Positions 48,240 to 60,445 of a DNA stretch of 64,000 nt are shown here, one piece after another. A program made the position numbers and the translations under genes. Every line of letters begins with the position of its first letter. The first letter of the stretch is position 1. This DNA comes from an uncultured Nitrososphaeraceae archaeon. GTDB taxonomy: Archaea > Thermoproteota > Nitrososphaeria > Nitrososphaerales > Nitrososphaeraceae. The notes under the pieces were generated by a model. The model saw only the letters and a program-made list of their open reading frames with translations. It did no database searches and was not told where the DNA came from. The stretch spans positions 32,001-96,000 of the forward strand of contig CAWGVG010000008.1 of NCBI GenBank assembly GCA_963825865.1. The letters are read 5' to 3'.

Positions 48240-48521
48240 CTAACCAAAAGTATTTAGAAAATCATTCATCATTTCAGCTCGAAGTTTATGTTGCATAGCA
48301 CCAAGCATGTCTCCATTCTTAGCACATATTTCTGCTTGGTTTAACTCATGATTGAATTCTTGAGAATAATTTTGTCTTATTTCATTTTTTTGACGTGCTA
48401 TCGCATCATTCAGATCCTTGCTGAAAGTTTTGTCGAAATTATCTAGCCTTCTAGCTCTTTCATTGGAAGCTGACAACATCTTTGATATGAGAAAAGGCAT
48501 ATTTGTATATTTGGGCCACAT
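48240..48521 (-). CDS. Hypothetical protein
   Basis: 93-aa helical ORF. Confidence 0.35.
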   Translation of the reverse strand: MWPKYTNMPFLISKMLSASNERARRLDNFDKTFSKDLNDAIARQKNEIRQNYSQEFNHELNQAEICAKNGDMLGAMQHKLRAEMMNDFLNTFG

Positions 48522-49275
48522 AAGGGAGGTAGGTTTACAAGCATTAAGGTATTATTACGATGCAGTAATTCATTTTGACAACAGTTAGTTATACTAGGTA
48601 ACTAGATATAAAAAAAGATATCATTTTATTCTTATACAATTCTAAATATCGATCTGCTAAATCTTTTCTGGGAAATACAGCCGACCCTCTGAAGGAACCG
48701 TGTTCATCCGGAGATATTACCACCGATTTTTGTTTCTGTCTAACGTAGCGCTTTACTGAAAATAATATCAATTAATTATTATTTACCTAGATGGTAAGAG
48801 GAACATTAAGATTTGACATTGTCATGTTGTCCGAATTACAATATTTTATTTTTTATACGATGATATTTGTAGAGTCCAACTTCTGCTTTTAAAAGCCGGT
48901 CAAGAACCAGAAGCAATAAACACCCTACAAGGTCTTGCTGGAAAAACGCCAAGGTTTGTGGAATAAAGATTGAGGGTAATAATAAATGGATAACACTAAT
49001 TGAGAATGCCAGTTTATAATAGTAATTTAATTCCGTATTTTTTCAAGTTCTCAAATATATCATTACAATTCTTTTCATATTTATCAAGAGTTAATTTATC
49101 TGCCTCTATTACTTTTTTATTCACATCATCAGGTATAAACCACGGCTAGGAACTTGTTTAATCTGTTTTTTATATTTAAGCTTAGGAACCGAATACAATG
49201 ACAGAGAGGTAGAAAGTTCTATTTCATCTTTTGTCCGACGACAGTTAACACTTTTTCAATTTGCTACTGTCCAAA

Positions 49276-49292
49276 GGTAAGTTAACAGAACC
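49276..49292 (-). mobile_element. Solo IS6-like terminal repeat
   Basis: GGTTCTGTTAAC ending at 49292, directly abutting the Cas4-like fragment. Confidence 0.55.
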
Positions 49293-49722
49293 CAAGAATG
49301 TATAGTTTATGTAGTTGGTAAGACAGATGCCTTCGATAAAGAAGTCGGCCCATATGAGTTCAAAGCGATAAAGTCAGCAGAAAAGATCATAGAGCCAAGG
49401 TCATATGATGTTCAACAGACAAAATACTACATGGCAATGACAAATTCCACGGTTGGCGTATTGCTATACTACCATCTTGATCCGAAATTTGCAGATGACC
49501 CTTCGGTGAAATTTCCTATTACAATGACAGAAGAGGAGCTATATTCGGAACATGAAAAATTGGTTATAGCTGCTTTATCTTTGAGCGCAGCAATTTCGGC
49601 GGAGACCTGAAATGGCACGACATATTGCATTTGATCGTAAATTAGGATGGAAGTGTAAATCGTGCCGTTATTCCGAAGACTGTAAAGATATGTGCATTGC
49701 TGCAAATGGGTTCAAATCCTGA
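49293..49722 (+). pseudogene. Cas4-like PD-(D/E)XK nuclease, C-terminal part (absent from ORF track)
   Basis: VGKTDAF..YEFK..VQQTKYY..GVLLY..WKCKSCRYSEDC. Confidence 0.75.
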
Positions 49723-49840
49723 GGAGATCTTAAAAAATGCCATCGCATGAATTCAGGCAGAGACTGCAAGAAAATCTATTTTTTTATGTCTGCTTAGTGG
49801 TGGCGTTCATGTCATCGAGGTAAGGCAATACCTTGCTTCA

Positions 49841-50160
49841 TCAATTAGAGGGTGTTGTCGTCGTAGTCGAAAGAAATGTTTGTAATACTTTATTGATTTT
49901 ATCTGGATATTGATCCATTACTGCATGACCAGCATCTTTTATCTGTACAAGCCATGCTCCTGGAATTTTTCCTGCAATGATTAAAGCATTAACATGCGGC
50001 TCGTAAAAATTATCATCGGTTCCAGCTATGACCAACGTAGGTTTGGCTATTTTCGCAAGCTCGTCACAAGCACCATTCCAGTTGGTTGCCTCCCAAGCTT
50101 TTCCTATGTCATTCTGTCGCTTTAAAGTGTTAGGCGTAAGACCAGGCTTCGCTTGTTTGA
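49841..50160 (-). pseudogene. Alpha/beta hydrolase C-terminal fragment
   Basis: LAKIAKPTLVIAGTDD..IPGAWLVQIKDAGH. Confidence 0.8.
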
Positions 50161-50313
50161 AATCTGGTCTGGTGACTTGCTTATTAGTACGTCAATGATA
50201 TCAAAGAACCGAACTATTGCTAAAGGTAATTCTTCAGACTTGCTGTTTTATTACTTTATCTGGAAAGAGCTAGATAATCGATAATGGCTAAACATTTTAG
50301 GAAGAGATGATGA

Positions 50314-51270
50314 GTGTTAGCAAATTTGAAAAAAATCGATCATTTATCCATTACGCTACTAATGGATAATTTTACTGACAGGTTATTGCCCACGTCTCCA
50401 CATGCTAAAAGACCTCCTATGCTCAAGGAAGAAAGATTCCTTCCAGCACCCATCGCAGAACATGGCTTTTCTGCTATAATTGAAATTCACTATAATGCAG
50501 ACAAGAAAGATAGATTTCTTTTCGATACTGGGGTTAGTAAAAATGGGATCATTTTTAATGCTGATCTTTTCGGAATTGATTTAAAAAATATCAATGCTAT
50601 AATCTTGAGCCATGGACATCTAGATCATTTTACAGGTATTGTCAGCGCACTTCGGCGGATCGCAAAACCAATCGATGTGATTGTACATCCAGATGCGTTT
50701 CAGAGACGTTGGCTAATTCTTCCTGATGGAACTAAAGCAATGATGCCAGTCCTTGATGAAAAAGAGCTTGAGGAACATGGAGCAATTATCCACAAGAATG
50801 AATGTTTTAGTTTCCTTCCAACGGAGGATCCTCACCTACTGATTACAGGGGAAATTCCAAGACAAACTAGTTTTGAAAAAGGTTTTCCACTCCAGTATGT
50901 GGAAATTCCTGACAAGAAAGAACTCATTCACGATCCTTTAATAAAAGATGACCAAGCAATAGTTGCAAATATTGAAGGTAAGGGTCTAGTTGTAATTACT
51001 GGCTGTGGGCATGCTGGAATTGTGAATACTCTGAATTATGCTAAAAAGTTGTTAGATACCAACAAGATTCATGCCATTTTGGGCGGCTTTCACCTTACTG
51101 GTAGTATATATGAACAAGCAATAGAGCCTACAATAATGGAGTTGCAAAATGCTAATCCTGATTATATTATTCCCTGTCATTGCACAGGTTGGAAAGCAAC
51201 TAATAGAATAATTCAAATAATGTCAGAAAAGTTTATCCAAACTAGTGTAGGTACGTCATTTATTTTTTAG
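50314..51270 (+). CDS. MBL-fold metallo-hydrolase
   Basis: AEHGFS, LFDTG, SHGHLDH, GCGHAG, GGFH, PCHCTG. Confidence 0.9.
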   Translation: MLANLKKIDHLSITLLMDNFTDRLLPTSPHAKRPPMLKEERFLPAPIAEHGFSAIIEIHYNADKKDRFLFDTGVSKNGIIFNADLFGIDLKNINAIILSHGHLDHFTGIVSALRRIAKPIDVIVHPDAFQRRWLILPDGTKAMMPVLDEKELEEHGAIIHKNECFSFLPTEDPHLLITGEIPRQTSFEKGFPLQYVEIPDKKELIHDPLIKDDQAIVANIEGKGLVVITGCGHAGIVNTLNYAKKLLDTNKIHAILGGFHLTGSIYEQAIEPTIMELQNANPDYIIPCHCTGWKATNRIIQIMSEKFIQTSVGTSFIF

Positions 51271-51515
51271 ATACATAAAAGAAAGGTATATCATAAAAAT
51301 ACATATAAACGATATTATTAATATGAATGACTCAGCATTTATTATATAAAATCATTTAATTTGATTGTCAATTAGGTTTTTTTACAGCTTCTCTTTATAA
51401 TATTCTATAACTTAAGGATCCAACGTTTAAATCCACCAATGAAGGCTGAAGTTTCATATTTTATCATGCTAAACTTTGTAAACAATGCAATACACATCAA
51501 AAGAGAGGACAATAT

Positions 51516-51815
51516 TTGACTGAAAGAGACAAAAATAAATCTGTTAAATATAACAAAATGGATGTGGATGATGTAATATTTTATTTTAAAGAATTACAAG
51601 AGAATACATTTGTTAACCGTTCCATGAGTTTAAAAGATGAAATACAAAAGGTCAATATAGATGAGATTAGTTTCCTGGATGACGGTGGACGCAGTATAAG
51701 ATTGCAATATTGGCAATATGGTAAATTAGGAGCTAGAAGATTAGTAAAACAAACCTGCTATCCCCTGCACGTTATTTACATGTACACAGTCATGGATAAA
51801 AATAAAAATTATTAA
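51516..51815 (+). CDS. Hypothetical protein
   Basis: 99-aa ORF. Confidence 0.4.
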   Translation: MTERDKNKSVKYNKMDVDDVIFYFKELQENTFVNRSMSLKDEIQKVNIDEISFLDDGGRSIRLQYWQYGKLGARRLVKQTCYPLHVIYMYTVMDKNKNY

Positions 51816-52127
51816 AATAAGAGACGGTCAGGGTGTGGCTGCTTTCCTCCAGGTAGAAGAGGACAGCCAGCTTATTCACACAGAAACGACAAAAACAACA
51901 AAAAAGTATAGGCTTTATTGGAATAATGTGAAAAATAACCGACATGTATTATCGTATATACCATGCCTAAATAAATCAAACTTATAAATCAAAGATCTTT
52001 GTAGAAGGTAACACGCACGAACACCTCTGAAATATGATTTAAGTAAATATCTTCTCTTCAAAGGGCAGAGAAAGTAAGATAGCTAGAAATAAACTAAGAT
52101 AATCGAAGTGATCCCATAGTCATTATT

Positions 52128-52310
52128 CTATACTGTTTTAATATGGGATCTTATTTTCTCTCTTAATTCATGAGTCATTAAATCTTCTTCATTATATCCA
52201 TGATCCCTTACAGCATGTTCTCCAGCATTTTTCATAATTTCCTCTTCTGTTTCTCCCTTGCAAACGTAGTCACAGTCCATTCCTACTTCACGGCATGATA
52301 CATTTAGCAT
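52128..52310 (-). CDS. DUF1059 small metal-binding protein
   Basis: CREVGMDC..GETEEE..EHAVRDH. Confidence 0.8.
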   Translation of the reverse strand: MLNVSCREVGMDCDYVCKGETEEEIMKNAGEHAVRDHGYNEEDLMTHELREKIRSHIKTV

Positions 52311-52519
52311 TATTCCTTTGTCAAAACCCCGTATAATAAATTGTATGCATGTGAGGCAATCTACTATTACATACTTTCTTTCATAACTGAATATGGACTG
52401 AAGGTTATAATCTCAATATAGTATGTAAGTTACAACTTTTCATCAGATTTTTCTTATTTCCTTTCTCGAATTATCAAATGGAACATTGCCTAGAACCACA
52501 ATCGCTGCATGACCTTCTG

Positions 52520-53963
52520 CTAGCTAATTTTTATGACTGAAGAATATGATTTCAATGTAAGTTCTACCTTGCCCTGCCTTCCGTTATTTGCTGTAGCACC
52601 TATGACTTTCATCCTGTCACCTACATTCAATTTATTTACAGAAGAGCTTTGATCACGCCAACCTACTAATCGAATCTCTCCAGTATCATCTCCAAGTAGC
52701 GTATCAGCCACAACAACAAGTTCACCGCTCTTTGTATTCACTTCCGTCGTATTGGGCGCCTGTAATACAATAGCCTCTATAATGAATGGATTTTCTGAAA
52801 CTTGGATATCTTTAATTTTCGATTCGAATTTTGATACTTTTGGAAAAGATGGATCATCGTCCATTATTCTAATATATGACTCATCTTTAGAAAGAGTAAT
52901 AGAAGTTCCAAAGATTCTGCTTGGAACACATTCTATCATTGTATCAGCGACCATCTCACTGGTCAATAGTATATTATCAATAATAACAGATATGAATTTG
53001 CCACTTCTATCTGCTGCAAGGCAGGTAACTTTGCCTCTACCAGTCTCTTTTCCGATTGAAATTATTCTCAAAGGAATAACTTCGACTTCTGTCTGGGATC
53101 CAGAATATTCCATCATCGTTCCTTCGTCGCCATGAATTTCAAAATCTCCATTGCCATATTGCGGATTACCGGGCTTGATCCGGGTGCCTATCAATCTAAC
53201 GTTGATACCGACGTTGAATACCTTTGGAATCTTTCGTTCATCAACATTCCAGATAACTACACGCAAAGAACGGGTATTGGCTTCGTTTGAGATTTGCATT
53301 TGGAGTGATTTGCTCAGCTCTCCTCGGATATTATTAAATTCAGATAATCTTGGATTTGAGTTAACCTTACCTATTATTATAACATTTTCTCGAAGATCAT
53401 TGACATTGTCAACTGTAATGGTCATGGAGTCAATATTTGGAATAGAAGCGTCATCATTGCCAATTGGTTCAATAATTCCGTTTGAACTTAAATTGATAAT
53501 TGGTTTACCATCAATCCCAGATTTGACATGACATCGAGAGATCTTTACTAAATCCCCAGGCTGCAAACCCATTTCATCTGGGATGTTAACCTGATTATTA
53601 TCCCATAGCTTCACTTTGATGCTGGATTCTTTATCATAAATCGTTAGGGTTCGATTTATAACCTCTTCGTTGGTATCTTTTTTGATAAACTTACGAATGG
53701 GATAAATGTTCATAATGCGAGCGGTAACAGTTATTTCTTTTGCACCGATATAAAGATCCTTGATTCCAGAGCTCGATTTTGGAACATTTTCAAATGAAAT
53801 GCCAAGATCAGCAGCAACCAAAAATAATGCACCCTGATCGGTTAAATAACCTGCGCCAATCTTGCGTTTCTTTTTCATCGATCATCTCCCTGATCTGCTC
53901 GACACTGATTTCTGGCTTCTGCTTTAGGAGTAATTCCACCATTTTTTTAAAGTCAACAGACAA
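52520..53963 (-). CDS. rpa: Replication protein A / multi-OB-fold ssDNA-binding protein
   Basis: IGAGYLTDQGALFLVA, DDTGEIRLVGW; N-terminus joins after fixing +1 A at ~53875. Confidence 0.8.
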
Positions 53964-54350
53964 ATTTGTGAGCAGACCCCCTCCGTGTTATTACATGCAT
54001 CAAGTTCTTAAAAATAAGGGAATATACTTGCCTATATTCTTTGAGCATATGAAGCATCTAGGAGTCATTACACAAAATCGGATGTATAGTGAGTCGCAAA
54101 AAGAGTGCATAAATGAGATTGAGCCTAAAGTGAAGAGTAAATGAAAAAAAGCAATAATTATAATAATAATAGTAAGAGATGAGTGCATGGGGTATTCTGT
54201 AAGTTGTTCGCCATCATTGTGGGCTAATGTTAAAATTACATTGATCTAACAAATTCCTGATATTATTATATCCAAGAAAGATGAAATTAGCTAGAATATT
54301 TTATCACCTTAATTTATCTATGAGAACAGTTAAAATAATGATGTACATTC

Positions 54351-56222
54351 TTGATTCAGACAGCATTTTCGAAGAATAATATTGCTTTACTATTTGTTAT
54401 TGCAGCTGCTGGAATATCTTTATCTATCCTTTCTTACCAGTATTCTTCTTTTATCTCCAGTGAAATATCTGAAGCGGCCTCACAAGATGTAAGATTAAAC
54501 GCCAGAATCGAAGTCTATGATCTTTCAAGACTCTTAGTACGTAGCATAGATTCGGTTACCACCAATTTACGAGCACTTGCTAATGGTCCTACAGTACAAG
54601 AGAGAAATGAAAGCGCAGGAACACTGATTCTCTTTAATACTGCCCAAGGATCTACAAGCGAACTCACTGATGGTTACTACTGGCTCGACCAAGATGGCAA
54701 AGTAATAATGTGGAGTAACATGAATAAAACTACATCTCAAAAGTATAAGGGAGCAGACCTTAGCTCTAAGGAGTATTTTATTATACCAAAAAATACACAT
54801 ACACAATATTACAGTAGCGTGATAGAAACTACGGACAAAGTTCCTAGACTGTATATATCTTTTCCCATAATCGACAACCAACCTAAAATTGATAACAACA
54901 CTAGTACTAATATGAAAAGAACTTTCAAAGGTGTCATAGTTGCTGCAATTAGTGTCAGTACTATAGGCAAATTTTTACAAAATGAACTGTCTCCTCAAAT
55001 TGAAAGTAATGTAGGATTGATGGACAAAAATGGCATAATCTTGTATGCCAAAAATCAAATGGTAATTGGCAGGGAATATTTATCAAATGAATTCCAATCA
55101 TTGATTCCTCCTGGGATAAAAAATCAATATAATAGCATCCTAAGCCGCTCATTAGAAGGCAAATCTGGTGCAGAAGACATTGCATTTCGTGGTAACACGA
55201 CTACCATTTCATACCAGCCAGTATTAATTGATGGAAAACATCTATGGACTTTGTTCATTGGCTCTCCACATATCCTTGCAAGTGATGTTGGTTTTCTGAT
55301 AAACCAGCAAAAGAACTTTAGCACACTCATGGTGATAATAATCGGAGTCATAGCGGTTGGCATTGCATTTCTCATCCTCTCTTGGAATAAAAGGTTGGAA
55401 GCCGCTGTAAATACAAGGACTGCGGAGTTAAAGAGAGCAAACGCCTCTTTAACGGACTCAAATAAATTGCTTGCAACAGCCAATGAACAGCTGAAAGTTC
55501 ACGATAAAATGCAGAAAGAATTTATCAACATAGCTGCTCATGAGTTACGTACTCCAATTATGCCTATACTGGGAGAAGTGGAGTATATTGGGCATCAATT
55601 TGACCACAAAAAGCAAACGGTCGAAGTAGAAAAAGATCAGGTTATGTTAATTATTCGTAATGCCAAAAGGTTAGAACGGCTTGCGTCAGACATCTTAGAT
55701 GTTACAAAAATAGAGAGTCAATCATTGAAGCTAAATAAAGAACAATTTAATCTAAAAGATATATTATCAGATACTGTACAAGATATCCGAAACCACATAG
55801 TAAGTGATAATGGAAGTGGAAATTATGTTGAAGTAGTTTATAAACCTAAAGACATTATTGTACAAGCAGACAAAGGAAGGATAACTCAAGTTATTTATAA
55901 TCTTCTGAGCAACGCTGTTAAATTCACCGAAGAAGGAGATATTTGTGTCTATGCAGAAAAGAAAGATGATCAGGTCGTTATTAGTATAAAGGATACTGGC
56001 AAAGGGATAGATCCTGAAATATCACCAAGGCTATTTTCAAAATTTGTTACAAAATCAGACAAGGGTACCGGCCTCGGATTGTTTATTTCCAAAAGTATTG
56101 TGCAAGCTCATGGTGGCAAGATATGGGCACAAAACAATGCTGATAATATAGGAGCTACATTTGCTTTTAATCTACCTGTTAGAATGTTAGGCAGTAATAA
56201 TAATAAATTAGATTCGAGATAA
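54351..56222 (+). CDS. Cache-domain sensor histidine kinase
   Basis: Two TM helices, extracellular Cache-like domain, AAHELRTP, HATPase boxes. Confidence 0.9.
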   Translation: MIQTAFSKNNIALLFVIAAAGISLSILSYQYSSFISSEISEAASQDVRLNARIEVYDLSRLLVRSIDSVTTNLRALANGPTVQERNESAGTLILFNTAQGSTSELTDGYYWLDQDGKVIMWSNMNKTTSQKYKGADLSSKEYFIIPKNTHTQYYSSVIETTDKVPRLYISFPIIDNQPKIDNNTSTNMKRTFKGVIVAAISVSTIGKFLQNELSPQIESNVGLMDKNGIILYAKNQMVIGREYLSNEFQSLIPPGIKNQYNSILSRSLEGKSGAEDIAFRGNTTTISYQPVLIDGKHLWTLFIGSPHILASDVGFLINQQKNFSTLMVIIIGVIAVGIAFLILSWNKRLEAAVNTRTAELKRANASLTDSNKLLATANEQLKVHDKMQKEFINIAAHELRTPIMPILGEVEYIGHQFDHKKQTVEVEKDQVMLIIRNAKRLERLASDILDVTKIESQSLKLNKEQFNLKDILSDTVQDIRNHIVSDNGSGNYVEVVYKPKDIIVQADKGRITQVIYNLLSNAVKFTEEGDICVYAEKKDDQVVISIKDTGKGIDPEISPRLFSKFVTKSDKGTGLGLFISKSIVQAHGGKIWAQNNADNIGATFAFNLPVRMLGSNNNKLDSR

Positions 56223-56319
56223 TTGTATATAATTTGCATTTGATATTTTAATTATTAGGATTATGAATATTTTAATTGCATGCGACTAAAAAAAGCTTCA
56301 TAACTGACTGGATTCGATT

Positions 56320-59300
56320 CTATTCCACATAGATTTTTAATTTTCTACCGTCAAGGTCTATTACTTTATAATTAATTTTATCCATAGTCTCTTTTAATAA
56401 TACTATGGATTTAACTCTAACAAGATACATCAATTCGTCTCTCGATGAGGACAAACCAGATATTTCTTCATCTTCTAGATTAGCAATGGATGCTGTTGAA
56501 AGAATATCTGTTGGAGTGTATCCACGCTCTTTTCGCAGCTGCTGCAAGTTCCTTGCTAGATCTCGCAGTAGGCCTTTTGTAGTTAGGCTTTTGTCGCGCG
56601 TTGTGGAGATAAAAACTATAGTATTATCCCTCTCTGACATAACGTATCCCGGTGATACACCATATGATAATTCCAGATCACTTAACGAAATTTCTATTTC
56701 TGCTCCTTCATATGAAAGAACGTATTTTCCGCCAGAAGATTGCAAGGATTCCAGCAGTTCCAATTTGTTAATTTTTTCAAACCGTTCTATCACCTTACCC
56801 ATATTTGCCTTTACTTGAGGTGCAATATTTTTCCTTACAAGTTTGATGTCGAGAACAATTGGCATTTTGTTTTCCAATAAACTTAATATTTTTTGTAGCT
56901 CTGTTTTGTCGCAAATCTCTACAATGGTACAATTCTCAACATTTAGCTGATTCTTCAACGTATTTGAAATACCTTCAACAGTCAGAAACGTTAGATCAGA
57001 TGAACAAATTAGAGCCTGTTTTACGGGCCAGCGTCTTTTCAATTGAGCTTTCATCCTTGCGCTATTTGCAAGCGATACAACTTCTTTTGATTTGTCAAAA
57101 GCATCTTCGACGTTGGTATTAACAAGTTTATTATCGTACCTTGGCCAACTTTCAAGGAGAAGACTTCTTCTACTTACAAAGCAAGTCAAATAAAGATATT
57201 CTGTAATAAATGGCGATAATGGATAGAGCATTATATCTATTTGCTTCAGAGTATATCCTAATACAGAGTAAATTGCGAGTCTGTGATTGAGAGTTTCTTC
57301 ACTGTCATCCCAAATATCATTTCTGGTGACTGGAACATATGTTTGACTTAGGTTGTTAATTATAAATTCTTCAATTGCCTTTGCACCCTCATGGAACCTG
57401 CACTTTTCGAAAGCTACAGTGACTAGTTTAATTAATCTCTGCAGCTTTGACAAAAGCCATACTTCGGATAAACCAAGCAAATTATTATCAAGAACCCATT
57501 TGATATGTTGTTTCTCTTGTTCGAATTTATCGAAGATACTATTCTGCTTAAGGTAGACATGCAGATAGTATAAAGTGCTCATGACTTGATATGGCCTTGA
57601 TTTCATTTCTTGAAGACTAAAGTTCAGTGACTCTATAGGCGATGATTTCCACATAAAATAAAATCTTACTAAATCAACCGAATTCTGCCCGAGTAACTTG
57701 TGTGCATCTAGAACATTTCCCACACTTTTACTCATCTTGTTACCTTTTTCATCCAGTACATGGCCCTGAAACAGGAACGATCTAAAAGGCGCAACTGCAC
57801 TTTGAGTCAAAATAACATTTTCTATCAAAAGGGTATAAGCCCATCCTCTTGTTTGATCAATTCCTTCGGTAAGGAAGACAGCAGGAATCAGACTTTGATA
57901 TTCTTGATCAGTAAGCGATGCATATGGCGCCGCTCCACTATTATGCCATGTATCCAGAACAAAAGGCTCCCTTTGCATATTTGCTCCACATTTTTCACAT
58001 TTTGTTTCGATCCTATCAATCCATGGGCGGTGTAATTCAAATCCAGGACCATCTGGAAGATTAATTGCTTTCCTTATGATTTCATCTCTTGAAGACATTA
58101 GATCTTTATATCCACATTTGCTACAAGACCAGATGGGAAGTGGCGTCCCCCAGATACGTTCCCTTGAAATGCACCACGGCACTTTCTCCTTGATAATTTC
58201 TAAAAATCTGTTTTTTGGAGGTTCAAAGAAATATTCTACCTTCTGGGCTCGCCTCTAAGGGTTTAGTGTTAAGTTTCTCTATCATATAAAAATATTCTCG
58301 TCTAGCAAGCCACACTACCCTATGATGGGAACGCCAGCATAGAGGATATTGATGCTTCATCTTGCCTATTTTTACAAGTGCTCCAGCTTCTTTTATTGCT
58401 TCTACGACTTTACAGTCAGAATCTCTAACAAAAAGATCTTTGAACACACCCGCTTTTTCTGTAAAAAAAACTCTTTCATCTATAGGCACAAAAATTGGCA
58501 CATTTCTTTTAACGGCAATTTCAAAATCTTCTTCCCCATTAGCAGGAGATAAGTGCACGATGCCACTGCCAGTAGCAGTATCTACAAATTCTTCAGCCAC
58601 AACGAAATGAATAGAGTTAGTGCTTACTAATTCATTTAACCCGGGTACAAGATGTAGTAATGGATGAATGTATCGTTTACTATCAAGCTCTTTACCATGA
58701 ATTTTTTTTTCAATTGTAAATTCTTCTATATGCAATTCTTTCATAAAATCTGCTAATCTGTCTTCGCCAACTATCCACATTTCGTCGTTAACTTTGAGAT
58801 AAACATAAATCGCAGTTGGATTAACACCCACCATCTCATCTGTAATAACTGTAAATGGCATTGTTGTCCAGACTATCAAAAAAGCATTTTCGTCAGACAA
58901 CCTGATTTTGTAATAAAGTGAAGGATCTTCAACGGTTTCATACTCTTGATTAACTTCAGCGTTGCTGAGAGAAGTCTGACATGAAGGACAATATGCAACT
59001 ACTCTGAACCATTCCTTGAGAATTCCACTCTCCCAAGCTCTCTTTAGATATTGCCATTCTCTTTCAATATACATATCATAAAACGTCCAGTATGCTTTTT
59101 CGTAATTAAATGACATGCCTAGTAGTTTGTCAGCGCTAATCCATTTGTCATTATTTTTTTGGATTAATTTCTTGCAGGTTTCTACAATTTTTTCTATTCC
59201 AACTTTTTTGATGTTATCTATCTTGTTTCCTGTTAATCCTAACTCCTTTTCAGCCTGTAATTCTACAGGTAAACCTTGGGTGTCCCAGCCTGCTCTGAAA

Positions 59301-59535
59301 ATTACTTTTTTTTTTGAAGAGTATTAAAACGGTACCATAGATCTTTAATTATACGCCCTCTTAAATGTCCAGCATGCGGTTCACCATTCATTGTTGGAGG
59401 GCCTTCAATGTAGCCAACTAAATCATCACAATCAAGAAGCTCCTTTTCCAAACTAGCTCCCAAATTGATATTATCCAGGTAACTACGAATTTCGGTTTCG
59501 ATTGCCTTACCATCGAATTTACCTTGAAGTTCCAT
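56320..59535 (-). CDS. ileS: Isoleucine--tRNA ligase (two compensating apparent indels)
   Basis: [48 protein letters not shown]. Confidence 0.95.
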
Positions 59536-59887
59536 ATATACAAAAACCAATCTTATCACCTGTGTTTATATTTTTGGTTAGCCTCTTTGAGAATGTCAAG
59601 CGTTTCTCTGTGACTTTGGTATTAATAGCGTAGTGTTATTGAAGTCACCTCTGGATAGGGGATCGGATCCAGAGATTTGAAATTTATATCTACATACAGG
59701 AATTGTTGCGATTTAAGAAACTCACCGATTAATTCTTGAAATTATATATTTTAAGTTAGAAAATATATGCTAGCAAATCAGCATTTATTTTGTGCTCACT
59801 GATTAGACTATACAATGGGCACATTTTATATTTTTGAAAGTGATATAGGATGCCAATAGACTCCACAATAGAAATATATTTTAAGTA

Positions 59888-60445
59888 ATGCTCGTACCTT
59901 GTGAAGAATTGAATATCATAAATAAAGTAAAACCAGGTAAAAACCCTCCGCATGAAATTAATGCAGTAATAGAAATTCCGCAAGGTAGCAGTATCAAATA
60001 TGAAATAGATGCTGAAAGTGGCGCACTCTTTGTAGACCGAAAATTGTTTACTGCCATGGTTTATCCTAGCAACTACGGTTTTATTCCACAGACTAAAGAA
60101 GACGATGGGGACCCGTTAGATGTCATCGTACTTGGAAATGATCCTGTAATACCCATGTCAATAATCCGCGCTCATCCCATTGGAGTATTATTAACTGAAG
60201 ATGAAGAAGGCAAGGATTCAAAAATTATTGCAGTCCCTAATACAAAATTAGATCCAAGTTTTTCGACTGTTACAGATATCAGCGATATTCCTGAACATGT
60301 ACGTGACCAGATCAAGCATTTCTTTGAGCACTACAAGGAACTAGAAAAGGGAAAATATGTCAAAGTAATAGGATGGGAAGGTAAAGAAGTTGCAAAGAGA
60401 AAAATTTCTGAAGCAATAGAAAGATACAAGAAAGCAGCGATCTAA
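59888..60445 (+). CDS. ppa: Inorganic pyrophosphatase
   Basis: EIP..KYE, YPSNYGFIP, DGDPLD. Confidence 0.95.
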   Translation: MLVPCEELNIINKVKPGKNPPHEINAVIEIPQGSSIKYEIDAESGALFVDRKLFTAMVYPSNYGFIPQTKEDDGDPLDVIVLGNDPVIPMSIIRAHPIGVLLTEDEEGKDSKIIAVPNTKLDPSFSTVTDISDIPEHVRDQIKHFFEHYKELEKGKYVKVIGWEGKEVAKRKISEAIERYKKAAI

